Shown piece by piece: positions 9,796 to 20,329 of a DNA stretch of 36,560 nt. This DNA is from a virus (taxonomy: Duplodnaviria; Heunggongvirae; Uroviricota; Caudoviricetes), in IMG/VR virus record IMGVR_UViG_2724679539_000003, positions 1 to 36,560 of that record; one strand, given 5' to 3'. The first letter of the stretch is position 1. Each line of letters begins with the position of its first letter. The position numbers were made by a program, and so were the translations under genes. The notes beneath the pieces were generated by a model. The model made no database searches. It worked only from the letters and a program-made list of their open reading frames with translations, and had not been told where the DNA came from.

Positions 9796-10369
9796 CATCC
9801 GGCGCGGTGCTGGTATCTGTTGCCGTCACCGTGTCAATGTAATCCAGCACAGCGTTAAGCCGGGTTGTTTCTGCCTGCGTCAGTTTCCGTCCGGCCTGTA
9901 ATTTCAGCTGAATCAGACTAATGGAAGCCATTGCAGCATCAATCAGTGACTGGCGCTGTGCTTCTGCCGCGTCTACTGCGGCGCTATGCTGTGCCTCAGT
10001 ATCCGTCACCCATTTCTCACCATCCCATTTATCGTATGGCGTTAATGGGGCGATAGTGGTTGTATTATTAGGGTAATCACCCGGAGCTGTGATTTCTTTT
10101 GATTCTCCTGTTTCGGTGCTAAAGACGATTTCACCGCGATGGTCTGGCACATATTCCCATGACTTAAAATCTGCAGAACGGCAGATTGCATAACCAGCTT
10201 TGTATGCGCCTGGAGCATCTAAACAGGAACATGCCGGAATACCGACGCCAACCGCAAGATATTCAGTTGATGTGGAAATATATTCCCGCGTTTCACCATC
10301 ATAATTATAAATGGTAATGTCTCCCGCTTTTATGGCAATGAGTTCGTTATTTAATACGGCTTTATTCAT
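9767..10369 (-). CDS. Tail fiber assembly protein (currently in the expressed orientation)
   Basis: 200 aa with Tfa-family C-terminus LDYIDTVTATDTSTAPDVIWPELP; ATGA overlap with the tail fiber stop. Confidence 0.85.
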   Translation of the reverse strand: MNKAVLNNELIAIKAGDITIYNYDGETREYISTSTEYLAVGVGIPACSCLDAPGAYKAGYAICRSADFKSWEYVPDHRGEIVFSTETGESKEITAPGDYPNNTTTIAPLTPYDKWDGEKWVTDTEAQHSAAVDAAEAQRQSLIDAAMASISLIQLKLQAGRKLTQAETTRLNAVLDYIDTVTATDTSTAPDVIWPELPEA

Positions 10370-11169
10370 CAGGCAGCCCTCACGATATAATTAAAGGCAA
10401 TGTTACGAGGACGGTTTTCGTTTGCAGTTGGAACAATTCTTGAAGCATCAAGGCCAATCACTTTTGGGTAAACACCGCCCTCGGACCTTTCTGTCACCAT
10501 ACTTCTGACTAAGGAGAAATAACTATTGTTCGTTGAGGGATTCAAAGGCACTACTGCCCCCTTAAACGAGCCTACTGATTCCCATATTGAATAATTTTCG
10601 GTGTTTACAGTCTTGAACTCACCATAGATATTACGTATGGCATCGCCCTGAGCTGATAATATTGCCCTCCCCGTATCCATACCACGTCCGTCATCCCAGC
10701 CACGAATAAACTCACCACGTAAATCAGGCAATTTATTTGTCGGGTAAGCCTTTGCCAGTTCCGGGTATTCTTCAACAGAAAAAGCTGCTCCGTTGCATTT
10801 CAGCCAGCCTGTTGGCGGAGTGGCTGAGGGCCACGGAACAGGTACGCCAACAGGCAATGCTGAGCCTTCTCCTAAACCAAGGTTTTCGAGAGCCGTTTTC
10901 ACCGTGCCATCCGATTTGATATCACCAAACGGATTCTTGCGGCTTAACAGCAGAGCACGAAGCGCGGTAAGCAACTGGTCGTTTCGCCCCTTCTCCAGGC
11001 TGGCACCGGATGCCTCCACCACGCTGCAGAGTTCTTCCTGCAACATATCAAAGTAGTCATCATCCAGATCGGTGGCAGGTGTGCCAGTCTGGGGGTTACC
11101 ACGGGTAAAACCGTTCTTACCCGCGCCGAACTTATCCTTCTGCGCGGTTTTCGTGTCTATACGATGCAT
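10369..11169 (-). CDS. Tail fiber protein with tail-collar domain (constant N-terminus outside, variable C-terminus inside the invertible segment)
   Basis: 266 aa; collar-like motif LKCNGAAFS...YPEL...[15 protein letters not shown]; crossover site lies at codons 93-101. Confidence 0.85.
   Translation of the reverse strand: MHRIDTKTAQKDKFGAGKNGFTRGNPQTGTPATDLDDDYFDMLQEELCSVVEASGASLEKGRNDQLLTALRALLLSRKNPFGDIKSDGTVKTALENLGLGEGSALPVGVPVPWPSATPPTGWLKCNGAAFSVEEYPELAKAYPTNKLPDLRGEFIRGWDDGRGMDTGRAILSAQGDAIRNIYGEFKTVNTENYSIWESVGSFKGAVVPLNPSTNNSYFSLVRSMVTERSEGGVYPKVIGLDASRIVPTANENRPRNIAFNYIVRAA
10867..10892. other. Invertase crossover site 2 (inside the tail fiber gene)
   Basis: TTCTCCTAAACC AA GGTTTTCGAGAG on the plus strand, an inverted copy of site 1; it falls on the GLGE codons of the tail fiber. 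Confidence 0.7.
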
Positions 11170-11172
11170 GGA

Positions 11173-11757
11173 TTACTCCGGATATTTAAAAATTACGTAG
11201 GTATGCGACGGGCAGAGTTTGTTAAGCACACATTCGACAACGGTGTCGCCCCAGATACGCAGCGCGGAATCACAGGGATCGCCACATGTCATCCAGGTGG
11301 TGTTTGTGGCGGCTGGCATGTTGACCTGCCAGTAATACCGCCATTCCGGCGCATTCACCGCGTCAGTACAGGCCGATGAGCAGGTGAACGTGCTTTTGTC
11401 GTATCGCGTGATGGTGGCGTCTGGTCTGCCCAGGGCAGCAAGCTGTGCAAGATAAAAATTCTCGTTGATGCCGCCCGCCAGGTTAACCTTCGCATCCAGC
11501 CGTTGCTGACGCTGGCGAAGGGTCTGTGTCCCTGCGGGAATACATTCATCCGGCAGGCCGCACAGACGCTCCCAGCGATTTATCAGTTCGGTGGTGGTGC
11601 GCGGATCCAGCTCCCGCATCAGGGCATCCGCACGCTGATGAACGCGAGTTAATGAGGGTGCCGCACCGGCAATCGCCGGATCTCTGGCTGACCACGCCGG
11701 ACCGGGTGGCAACAGTGCCGACAACAGACGGATGTAATCATCGTTTGTCACGTCCAT
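11173..11757 (-). CDS. Mu gp48-like tail/baseplate protein (DUF2313, YmfQ/JayE-like)
   Basis: 194-aa ORF directly upstream of the tail fiber gene in a Mu-like baseplate operon. Confidence 0.75.
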   Translation of the reverse strand: MDVTNDDYIRLLSALLPPGPAWSARDPAIAGAAPSLTRVHQRADALMRELDPRTTTELINRWERLCGLPDECIPAGTQTLRQRQQRLDAKVNLAGGINENFYLAQLAALGRPDATITRYDKSTFTCSSACTDAVNAPEWRYYWQVNMPAATNTTWMTCGDPCDSALRIWGDTVVECVLNKLCPSHTYVIFKYPE

Positions 11758-12806
11758 GAAATCGTCCCCAGTACCGCCAGTTCATTTTTTGCAATGGAGA
11801 TATTGTCCGCCGGTGCAAGCAACTGATGGCTGTATTCCCCGTTCGCACCGGAAATCGCTTCACTGATACGTGACACCTTCAGTTCTCCCTGCGGATAACC
11901 ATCACGCAGCAGGAACGAACGCAACTCCGCGGTAATGGCAGCCCGTATTTCTGGTGTGTCCGGCGTCACGCGGATATGAAAATCCACCGTATGTGCCACC
12001 GGCCTGAATACATACAAATCAGAGCCTGCCACCGGGGCCAGTGGCCCGATATGTTGTCTTGCTGCCGTTTCCGTTGATTCTTCCGGAATGGGATTAATCA
12101 GGTCACTGCTGGCAATCATCACACCGACAGTTCCCGTTCCCATCCAGTGACGGTATGTCCATGCGCGGGTAATGCCGGGCACTTCTTTAGCCCAGACGAC
12201 ATAGTCCCCGTCAGCCCCGCCCTGAGGCGTCCAGTAATACCGCTCAATGACGCGGGCGCGCCACGTTTCCAGCTCTTCAGTATCAAATCCACCTGTCAGA
12301 GTGTCTGCCACGCCGGAAGACGGCAGACCATTCACCGGCGTGACCAGGATTAATGACGTACCGTCGTCAGCGTTACCGACCGCTCCTGCACTTGAGCAGG
12401 CGATCGGCACGCGCAGGACACCACCGGAGCTGGTTGCATCGGCAGTTGCCGTGTACTGCACCAGGTCATCGCGCTGAATAACACTCCCGGCGGTCACCTT
12501 CAGGCCATCGCTGACACCTTCCCAGCGCATATACCCGCTGGCAGCCGTGGCCCCCTTGCGCGGACACCGTTTCATCGCAGCATGTCGCGCCAGCCAGGAC
12601 TCATCGCACAGGTCAGGCAGCATGTTCATTGCCAGATAATCGATGTAACCGTAAACCGTATGCAGCGCCGCCGCATACACCTTTGCCCGCACGTCTTCAT
12701 CCATGCGCCGGAGCGTGTCGCTGACGTCCAGCCTGGCGAATAAATCGTTACGGAGCATACTGATATTTTCTGCCAGCGTCGGGCGCTGAAATTCACTGTC
12801 CGCCAT
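11748..12806 (-). CDS. Baseplate J-like protein (Mu gp47-like)
   Basis: 352-aa ORF; position and size in the Mu-like baseplate module. Confidence 0.8.
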   Translation of the reverse strand: MADSEFQRPTLAENISMLRNDLFARLDVSDTLRRMDEDVRAKVYAAALHTVYGYIDYLAMNMLPDLCDESWLARHAAMKRCPRKGATAASGYMRWEGVSDGLKVTAGSVIQRDDLVQYTATADATSSGGVLRVPIACSSAGAVGNADDGTSLILVTPVNGLPSSGVADTLTGGFDTEELETWRARVIERYYWTPQGGADGDYVVWAKEVPGITRAWTYRHWMGTGTVGVMIASSDLINPIPEESTETAARQHIGPLAPVAGSDLYVFRPVAHTVDFHIRVTPDTPEIRAAITAELRSFLLRDGYPQGELKVSRISEAISGANGEYSHQLLAPADNISIAKNELAVLGTISWT

Positions 12807-13221
12807 GCGTTATCGCACTCCACAGATCATCAAAAGAGATTATTACCGGTCCGTCACGACGCCAGAGAGTGATACTGTTACCCAGTTCATTAATCCCGGT
12901 GCGGCGGATATCCAGATTAATACGGGACACCACGCCGTCATCAATCATCCATTGCAGGCATTCGCGGATATACCCCCTTACCGTCTGCACCTGCTGATTG
13001 GTCAGTTTGCTGCGCTGAAGCAGCCACAGTCGGGAGCCGTAACGGTCATTCTGTACCGCAGGCCAGGTATCCCCCCACCATCCCATCGGGACATCGGCGT
13101 TGTCATCAGGCTCCGCCCGCCGCCAGGTAAACAGGGAAATCACCACGGCGCGGGTCAGCGGATCCAGCTGTGCGCTGGTGCAGGTGCGTTTACCGTTCAC
13201 CGTCAGCCACAGTTCCATCAT
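12793..13221 (-). CDS. Mu gp46-like baseplate protein
   Basis: 142-aa ORF overlapping its neighbours in the baseplate operon. Confidence 0.7.
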   Translation of the reverse strand: MMELWLTVNGKRTCTSAQLDPLTRAVVISLFTWRRAEPDDNADVPMGWWGDTWPAVQNDRYGSRLWLLQRSKLTNQQVQTVRGYIRECLQWMIDDGVVSRINLDIRRTGINELGNSITLWRRDGPVIISFDDLWSAITHGGQ

Positions 13222-13766
13222 GCCTCCATCGCTTTATCAGGTTTGTCGGTGTTACTGCCCTGACCGTTCTCTCTGTGACGATGCCCGTTATAGGCAAGCC
13301 GCATCGCTGACATGGTGGTACCGCCGGAGTCGCACAGGTCTTTCACCTGTCCGGTCACTTCCAGGTCCATTTCAAAACGTGCTCTGGGCGCATTGCGAAA
13401 CGTGATCGTTTTACCTGCACCGTCCACCACGATCCCCTCCCGGGTCAGCGTCACAGACTGCCCCTGATCGTCATAGACAGCCACCTCACCCGTCTGCAGC
13501 CCTTTCAGGCGGTAGCGCCGGTCCGACACCGTAACAACCACCGCATGAGAACGGTCGCCATCCGGAAACAACACCACCGCTTCCGCACCGCTGTTTGCCC
13601 TTGCGGTAAAACCGTAGGGTTCAAGATGTTCAACCCCGGCTTTGGGTTCACCGGCAATCAGGGACACATCCACGGTCTGACATTTCGTGGCGGCACTGAT
13701 GCTTTTCACCACTGCCCGCCCAATCAGGCCGAGAAGTTGTCGCTGCATGGCTTCAATCGTCCTCAT
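13218..13766 (-). CDS. Baseplate assembly protein V-like (spike, Mu gp45-like)
   Basis: 182-aa ORF; operon position. Confidence 0.75.
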   Translation of the reverse strand: MRTIEAMQRQLLGLIGRAVVKSISAATKCQTVDVSLIAGEPKAGVEHLEPYGFTARANSGAEAVVLFPDGDRSHAVVVTVSDRRYRLKGLQTGEVAVYDDQGQSVTLTREGIVVDGAGKTITFRNAPRARFEMDLEVTGQVKDLCDSGGTTMSAMRLAYNGHRHRENGQGSNTDKPDKAMEA

Positions 13767-14845
13767 CAGAACGGGTCCTCCTGTACTCTGGCTTTTTTCT
13801 TTTTCCGCGCGCCGGGGGCTTCGGGTTCAGGCAGATAAGCATCAGGTGGGCCGACACGGATTTCCGTCAGGGTGCCGTTCTGGTCCTGAGTAAACGTGAC
13901 TTCCGAGACAAGCAGTTCGGTATTGTCGAAACCACAGACCGGATCGAAGACAATCACCCGCTGGTTGGGCTGCCACAGCGTACCGTTACCCTGTCGCCAG
14001 CCCTGCACCACATAGGTGGTTTCATCCGTCCGCGCCGCCCGTTGTCGGGCTTCAAAGTCAGCACGCGCAATACAACCTGCCCCCGTGGCCTGCCCTGTCT
14101 GCCTGATATACATCGGACGGTAACGGGCAATAAATGCGTCCTCTGTGCGGGCCCGCAGCGCGGTGGTGGTGGCCTCACCGAAATCATCGTCGTTTCCGGC
14201 ACGCTGCCCCGCCACCTGGTAAACAGAAAACCGCTCCCGGATACTCTTCTCCGTATCACAGGAAAGGATGTTTTCCCCAAGTACCAGCGCGGTATGTGCC
14301 CGCGTTGAGCCAATACCGCCAATCACCAGCCTGCCGTGCGGGTCGTCGTAAGCCAGCGCCTGCTGCTGACCGAGTATTTTGTTGATTACCTCAATCACCG
14401 TTTCACCGTGATCAGGCTGAACATCAGGAATAACACCCGACGGCGCACCGCTGTTCACCACCTCAATGCCGAAAGGCGCAGCAAGCGCCTGCGCAATCTG
14501 CACCAGCGAGCGTCCGTTAAACTGTGTCGGTTCGGCTGCACAGTCAATCAGGTCAGCCGTCAGACTACGTCCGGCAATACCGGTGCTGACCGAACGGGCA
14601 TCGTAACGAACGGGAGTCGCCTCCACCCAGCCGGTGATCACCAGCTCATCACCAATCAGCACTTCCACTTTTGAACCGTTTTTAATGCGCGGCTGAAGCA
14701 TGGTGATACCCTCATCTCCCGGCCACTGGCGAGTGATCTCCACACTGAAATCCCGCGCCAGCCGTTCAATACCGGCACCGATGCGCACCGATGTCCAGCC
14801 ATTCCACTCCCGGCCATTTACCCGTAGCGTGACATTGTCGTTCAT
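13766..14845 (-). CDS. Mu P-like baseplate hub protein (gp44-like)
   Basis: 359-aa ORF; operon position after the DNA-circulation gene. Confidence 0.75.
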   Translation of the reverse strand: MNDNVTLRVNGREWNGWTSVRIGAGIERLARDFSVEITRQWPGDEGITMLQPRIKNGSKVEVLIGDELVITGWVEATPVRYDARSVSTGIAGRSLTADLIDCAAEPTQFNGRSLVQIAQALAAPFGIEVVNSGAPSGVIPDVQPDHGETVIEVINKILGQQQALAYDDPHGRLVIGGIGSTRAHTALVLGENILSCDTEKSIRERFSVYQVAGQRAGNDDDFGEATTTALRARTEDAFIARYRPMYIRQTGQATGAGCIARADFEARQRAARTDETTYVVQGWRQGNGTLWQPNQRVIVFDPVCGFDNTELLVSEVTFTQDQNGTLTEIRVGPPDAYLPEPEAPGARKKKKARVQEDPF

Positions 14846-16170
14846 TGCACTGGCACCTTCAGAGGGATCACCGGCACAAAGCCGGGATGCGTAATGGCAT
14901 TACGCCGGATAATGTCCGCGTCACGCGCCGCGTTATCAAACCAGGTCGCCGCCAGCACCAGCGCGGGTAAAACCTCATCCGGCGTGCGCTGAATGATCCG
15001 TGCAGACTGTTCAAGGCGCGTGTTGATATCCGCATTCAGATCTGCTTTCACCCGGCGCAGCGCCAGAAACAGCGCATCACTGGTTGTACGGGACAACTCC
15101 TTATCAATTGCCGTATTCAGTGTGTCGCGAATGTCGGTCAGTTCTTCCCACGTTGGCAGGTCAACCGTGTTTTTCACCGCCGGTGCATTGTTCAGTGCCG
15201 GATGCGTGACAGAAGGCCAGCCGGTGCTCTGCGCGGGTGTTGTTGACTGCCCCACTGTGGCATTCTGCATCACCGCGGAAGTTGTGGGCGCAGGCAATCG
15301 TGTGACGGCATACGCCGCTTCGCTGATTGCGGTCGTACGAAGGGTGCTGGCAACCACGTTACGCTGCTGCGTCGCCGTGGCGGTGGTTTTACTGTCCGTT
15401 TTCCAGACGCCGCGCGGTTGCAGATCGCTGCCGAGGCTGACACCGGAAAGCGTTTTGATCATGGTGACCAGGTCGCTGGCGTTACCATAAAGGCGTTTCC
15501 CGGTACGCCACATTTTCTGCACCTGCTCAACGAAATTTTTGCCTGACGATGGCGGCGGCAGAAGTACCGAGATATCCCCCTGCAACAGCCTGGCGGCATC
15601 CGATACGGCAGAATCCACCACTTTCATCGCATCAGAAACATACCCAAGCATTGTGCTGGCATTACCGACGACGTCGTTCTGCACAAAATCTGCCACACCA
15701 TCGATACTGAAACCACTGAAGCTATCACTGATGCAGTCATCCAGTGCAGAACAGGATGACATCAGCGTCTGCGCCGTCGCCGCACCTGAAGTGGGGTAAG
15801 AGAGTTCTCCCGCTTCGACAAACTTCAGGTCAAAGCGGACAATACGCCCTTCACTCTTCGATGTGCTGACCCTAACTTCCCCGTCAACACAGACTTTCAG
15901 CTCACCGTAAGTCGGATGGACAAGCGTGCCAGGACCGGGTTTATTCAGCGCGTCAATCAGGCGATCGCGCTGGTCAAAGCAGTCATCTCCCACCACATAA
16001 GCTGTGATGGACGGGCGGAAAGTGATTTTCCCCAGGTCTTCGGTATAGGGTTTGTCGCGGTTCGGGTATTCGTGCGTTTCCACACGACGACCGGTTCCCG
16101 CACTTTCTTCTTCAACCTTAAACGGCACACCGCGAAATGACGCGTCCTGAAGTCTGTCTTTCCACGTCAT
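14842..16170 (-). CDS. Mu N-like DNA circulation protein (gp43-like)
   Basis: ORF 14842-16212; likely start ATG at 16170 (MTWKDRLQDASFRGVPFKV) with a GGAG RBS, just downstream of a hairpin plus T-tract. Confidence 0.8.
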   Translation of the reverse strand: MTWKDRLQDASFRGVPFKVEEESAGTGRRVETHEYPNRDKPYTEDLGKITFRPSITAYVVGDDCFDQRDRLIDALNKPGPGTLVHPTYGELKVCVDGEVRVSTSKSEGRIVRFDLKFVEAGELSYPTSGAATAQTLMSSCSALDDCISDSFSGFSIDGVADFVQNDVVGNASTMLGYVSDAMKVVDSAVSDAARLLQGDISVLLPPPSSGKNFVEQVQKMWRTGKRLYGNASDLVTMIKTLSGVSLGSDLQPRGVWKTDSKTTATATQQRNVVASTLRTTAISEAAYAVTRLPAPTTSAVMQNATVGQSTTPAQSTGWPSVTHPALNNAPAVKNTVDLPTWEELTDIRDTLNTAIDKELSRTTSDALFLALRRVKADLNADINTRLEQSARIIQRTPDEVLPALVLAATWFDNAARDADIIRRNAITHPGFVPVIPLKVPVQ

Positions 16171-16184
16171 ATAAACTCCGTACA

Positions 16185-16207
16185 TAAAAAATCCCACCGG
16201 AGTGGGA
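16185..16207 (-). terminator. Small intrinsic terminator-like hairpin between tape-measure and N-like genes
   Basis: On the minus strand TCCCAC-tccg-GTGGGA followed by TTTTTTAT; short stem, so weak or partial. Confidence 0.3.
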
Positions 16208-16230
16208 CTCATTAACAGATTAATTTTTCA

Positions 16231-18066
16231 TTACCTGCCAAAGCGCGTATAGCCAACATCATGGCTGACATCAAAACCGCTGGATCGCGTTTCCATAACC
16301 CGCATACCCGGAGGCGAATTCACAAAAGAGACCTTGATCTCACCATCAACTTTTGGCGCAGAAGCTTTGTTAATCATGAAGGGATTCGGGCCTGTGGCAT
16401 CGGAGGCGTTGTTTGACTGAGCCGGATCTACCGCCTGATAAGGTGTGTATCCCCGTGCCGGTATTCCCGTCCCATAAGCATCATAAGCACCCGCGCCCCA
16501 CTGCGCAGAGTTAATGGCATCGACCGTGTCACCGGAACTGTCGGTAAACCACTCAATAATTGGCTTCAGCTTGTCCCACATATCCTGAAACCACTTAACA
16601 ACCGGTCCCCAGTTATTGATTACCATCCCCAGCGGCGACCAGGCAAAAACCTTCTTCAGAAGTTCCCAGCCAGCCTCAAAATAAGGACCAATGGTTTCCC
16701 AGAGCTTCTTGAAATAAGGTCCGACAACATCCCAGTTAGTGATAATTAATCCCGCAGCCAGGGCTATCGCCGTCGCAATCATTCCAATCGGCGTCATCGA
16801 CATGATCCTGCTGACAATACTGATGGCACCGCCAACGCCCATCAATCCCAGTTTCAGAATCGCAAGACCGGCAGCAAGCCCGACGACGCCGCGAATAACC
16901 CGGGGATTTTCATCCGCAAACTTCGTGAATTTTTCCCCTAACTCCCCCAGCCATTGCGTGATATTTTTGGCGTCACCAGAAAATGCGCCGCCAATAGCCG
17001 CAAGGCCGTTAGTTGCGGTCCCCGTCATTGCCTCCCACAGGTTGGACAGCGTACCAAGCTGGGCCTGAACACGTTTATTCAGGCTGGCCTGTTTATTCAT
17101 CTTCTGCTGGATCTGATCGTAGCCATCCTTTCCTTTATCGATTAGTGCATTGACCACCTGAAGGGTTTCGGCATCATCACCAAATATTGCCTTAAGTACA
17201 CCTGTTCGCTTAACGTCGGTCAGTTTTCGCAGCTTTGCCAGTTGCCTGAACATGTTATCAAGACCGCCAAAACTCCCTTTGCCGTCAGTAAAATCGAGCT
17301 GCACTCCGAGTTTCTGGCGGGCCATGACTTTATTGACGTCCCTGATTTTCTTAACGCTTAATCCGGACTGGATAACTTTTCGCAGGGCATTACCTGCCGA
17401 CTCCCCGTTCATCCCCATCTGATCCATCATGACGCTGATAGGGGCAAGGCTCTGTGCAGCCTGAAGACCGTCCTTGTTCACCATCTTCAGAACAGAACTG
17501 GTTTTAGTGAAGAAGGACAACATGTTGGTATCGTCAACGCCCAGATAAAACGCCTTCTGGATAGTGTCGAACAGCCCCATCATGTCTTCTGACGCCGTTC
17601 CGGTAGCATCCTGCATCTTTGCAGCAAACTCAGCAGCCGCTTCCGGTGTTTTTTTCAGTTGTACCGCAAGATAAGCTGTCGCTTTACCCACACCACCAAG
17701 AATGTTTTCTGCCGGGATCCCCTGACGCACCAGCATCTGCATCATGTTCTGGAAATCAGCCGTTGTACCGGGTAGCTGGTTACCCAGGCCAATAGCCAGT
17801 TTATTGATGTCCTGAAAGCTCTTTCCGACCTCGCCGTTCGCATCCATCATGGCGACTTTCAGCCCGGTGGCGGCGTTTTCCTGATCGGCATAAGATTTCA
17901 GGGAAAGCGTCAGACCCGCTGCCAGTCCGCCACCAAGCGCCAGCCCACCCTGTGATGCTTCTTCCGCCTGGCGTTTAAATCCCCGGATTTTCTTTTGCAT
18001 TTTCGACAGCGCGGGAGAAAGTCTGTCGACACCGGTGATCAACGCCTTAAGCTCAAATTCAGCCAT
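16231..18066 (-). CDS. Tail tape measure protein
   Basis: 611 aa, Ala/Gly-rich with hydrophobic segments; directly downstream of the chaperone frameshift pair. Confidence 0.85.
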   Translation of the reverse strand: MAEFELKALITGVDRLSPALSKMQKKIRGFKRQAEEASQGGLALGGGLAAGLTLSLKSYADQENAATGLKVAMMDANGEVGKSFQDINKLAIGLGNQLPGTTADFQNMMQMLVRQGIPAENILGGVGKATAYLAVQLKKTPEAAAEFAAKMQDATGTASEDMMGLFDTIQKAFYLGVDDTNMLSFFTKTSSVLKMVNKDGLQAAQSLAPISVMMDQMGMNGESAGNALRKVIQSGLSVKKIRDVNKVMARQKLGVQLDFTDGKGSFGGLDNMFRQLAKLRKLTDVKRTGVLKAIFGDDAETLQVVNALIDKGKDGYDQIQQKMNKQASLNKRVQAQLGTLSNLWEAMTGTATNGLAAIGGAFSGDAKNITQWLGELGEKFTKFADENPRVIRGVVGLAAGLAILKLGLMGVGGAISIVSRIMSMTPIGMIATAIALAAGLIITNWDVVGPYFKKLWETIGPYFEAGWELLKKVFAWSPLGMVINNWGPVVKWFQDMWDKLKPIIEWFTDSSGDTVDAINSAQWGAGAYDAYGTGIPARGYTPYQAVDPAQSNNASDATGPNPFMINKASAPKVDGEIKVSFVNSPPGMRVMETRSSGFDVSHDVGYTRFGR

Positions 18067-18477
18067 GTGTGCGTTTCTCCTGCTCTATCCTGTTTGCCTG
18101 ACTGACCAGCAAGGGAATTTCACTGATCGGCATATTCAGCAATTCGAAGGGATTAATGCGCCAGTAGCTGGCGCAGTCAAAGAAGCGATCAGTGAGGTAT
18201 TCAGCCGTCAGGCCTGGAGGAAAAAACCAGCCACAAGCCACGCCGCAGCATTCAGGTCTGCCGGAGACATCTGGTCGACAGAGTTTTGCGGCACTTTCGC
18301 CAGCCGCACAATGTATTTCGATACCACATGCGCCAGAAGTCTGACGGACTCATCCTGATTCATCTGGTAGGGATACCCCAGCTCGCGGACATCTTTCCCG
18401 GTGGGCTCATCAAACTCCAGTACGGAGAGTGTCTCGCCATGAGCGGTAATCGGTTTCTTTAACTCAAGCTCTTTCAT
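18059..18477 (-). CDS. Tail assembly chaperone with programmed -1 frameshift extension (G/GT-like)
   Basis: Zero-frame 89-aa ORF 18208-18477 ends ...AGFFLQA. The slippery heptamer T_TTT_TTC (minus strand 18226-18220) opens the -1 frame, which continues FFPPGL... to a stop at 18059, overlapping the tape-measure start. Confidence 0.7.
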
Positions 18478-18833
18478 TACTGGTAATCCCCTTCTTCACC
18501 GTGGAACTCAAGATCAACCGTCCCTTCTTCGGCATTATGGTTCGCTTCGCCGTGCAGCCAGGCAGACGACAGTACATAGACCTGACCGTTCGCCAGCTCG
18601 GCAGTGATGGTCATCTCATCAGACGAGGTGATTTTGCTCACCGGAAAATTCTTCGGCACCTTGAAGGTCCCTTTAACATAAGGCGCACGGTGAGTTTCCT
18701 TGCGGTCCACTGAACCGTCCAGGCCGATGATGTCATCATTGACCGTCCTGTTCATGGGCACCTCAATGCCGCCGGTCAGCGATAGCTGCTGACCGTCAAT
18801 TTTGAAATAACAGGTTCCCCCGATACGGGCCAT
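18477..18833 (-). CDS. Tail tube protein (Mu gpM-like)
   Basis: 118-aa ORF between sheath and chaperone; TAATG overlap with the chaperone start. Confidence 0.8.
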   Translation of the reverse strand: MARIGGTCYFKIDGQQLSLTGGIEVPMNRTVNDDIIGLDGSVDRKETHRAPYVKGTFKVPKNFPVSKITSSDEMTITAELANGQVYVLSSAWLHGEANHNAEEGTVDLEFHGEEGDYQ

Positions 18834-20329
18834 TATGCAGACTCCTCTGAATACTGAAGACGGAACTGGTTAACCACGGCAAAGACACGCAACTGGTTAA
18901 CATAGTCAGGCGGGAACAGCGTGTTCAGGCGGTTCGGATCGCTGGCATCACGCTCCACAACCAGGTACTGCTTAAACAGTTCGTAGTTTTCCACGATCCC
19001 CGCACGCTCAAGCTGACGGTAGGTTGCCAGCAGTTCCCCTTTGATCACCGCCGGGGTGACAATCGCCTGACCGGGACCAAAGCGGATACCGTCGCTGGCA
19101 AGCTTGTGACGCCCGTACTTACTGGTAATGACGGATTTCAGTTTGCGCAGTACATACGCACTGGTATGCAGCGTCTCGCTGTCGAGGTAGCTGTTATCCG
19201 CAACCCCGTAAGCGTTTTTCCTGTACGTGGTGACATCACGCTGAATGCGCAGTACCCCGCTTTCGACATACGCCGTTGCCACGCCATGAGACAGCAGGGT
19301 CTGTTGTTCGGTCATCGTGAACCGTTTCCCCTTCGGCGCAGGCAGCATACCCACCAGCTCACCGGTCTGCGTGGGACGTGCCGGATCGTTGCGGATAAAC
19401 ACCGCTGCGCGGGCGGTACGGCTTGCCGCCAGCTCGTCGGCAGGCGTCTGGGTGTCTTTTTCGTACCCCGCCAGGGTAATGTGCTGCTGGTTAAACTGGT
19501 CACCTGCGGTCACCAGTTCTGACAGCGTGCCGATCTTTGCCGTATACACATGACCATACAGCTGACGCGCATAGCTCCAGCGACCGCTGGTATCGTTCAT
19601 CTCGGTCACCAGCGTGTTAACGGAGGCCGTGTCGTTGAACGGCAGGCCGATATAATCAAACGGCTCATCCGCCATTGCAGCCACCGCGCCGGTGAGAACC
19701 GGAGCACCCGTTCCGGCGGTACCCGTCGCCACGGCAATCTGTACGCCCGCTGGCAGCACTTCGCCCCCACCAAAGCCGTAGTAATTGAGGCTGACAGGAA
19801 TTTCATTCCCGCAAAGCCCCTTATGACGCGCGGTCAGTGTAACCACGCCTGCCGAAGATGAAGCCGTAAACGGCAGGGCCGGAACGGCATTGATGGCATC
19901 CTGGATACTGCTGGCAATCATCGTGACGTTATCGCCGTTAGTCACCGGTGCCTGCACGCGGGTACGTCCCACATACACATTCACCGTGCCGGTTTCGGTT
20001 GCCGCCCCGGTCACCGTCAGCGTAACCGTTGCCGCCGCGCCTGTGGATTCAGGAACGGCAATCACATACAGCTCGCCAAACGGGTCAGTCTGGCGATAAG
20101 CCTCGACCATACGCGCCAGCTGACTTCCCGCACCACAAATCTGGCGTGCATAGTCTGCCGACGGCATCAGTACCAGACTGTTGGCAACAATCTCTGCACC
20201 GTGATTGGCATGACCAATCAGCAGCGATGCTCCGCTGTCCTGTGCAGTATTCGCCGCCTGGTTATCCATTTCCGCATAAAACAACGGAACCAGCGTATTC
20301 GACGGAATGGTGTTAAAGCTTATCGTCAT
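18833..20329 (-). CDS. Contractile tail sheath protein (Mu gpL-like)
   Basis: 498-aa ORF; size and position upstream of tube, chaperone and tape measure. Confidence 0.88.
   Translation of the reverse strand: MTISFNTIPSNTLVPLFYAEMDNQAANTAQDSGASLLIGHANHGAEIVANSLVLMPSADYARQICGAGSQLARMVEAYRQTDPFGELYVIAVPESTGAAATVTLTVTGAATETGTVNVYVGRTRVQAPVTNGDNVTMIASSIQDAINAVPALPFTASSSAGVVTLTARHKGLCGNEIPVSLNYYGFGGGEVLPAGVQIAVATGTAGTGAPVLTGAVAAMADEPFDYIGLPFNDTASVNTLVTEMNDTSGRWSYARQLYGHVYTAKIGTLSELVTAGDQFNQQHITLAGYEKDTQTPADELAASRTARAAVFIRNDPARPTQTGELVGMLPAPKGKRFTMTEQQTLLSHGVATAYVESGVLRIQRDVTTYRKNAYGVADNSYLDSETLHTSAYVLRKLKSVITSKYGRHKLASDGIRFGPGQAIVTPAVIKGELLATYRQLERAGIVENYELFKQYLVVERDASDPNRLNTLFPPDYVNQLRVFAVVNQFRLQYSEESA

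Larger units (their letters stand above)
8896..10879. other. Pin-invertible tail-fiber host-range segment (about 1.98 kb)
   Basis: Bounded by the two inverted crossover sites; contains two tfa genes and alternative stf 3-prime ends in opposite orientation; pin is adjacent. Confidence 0.7.
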
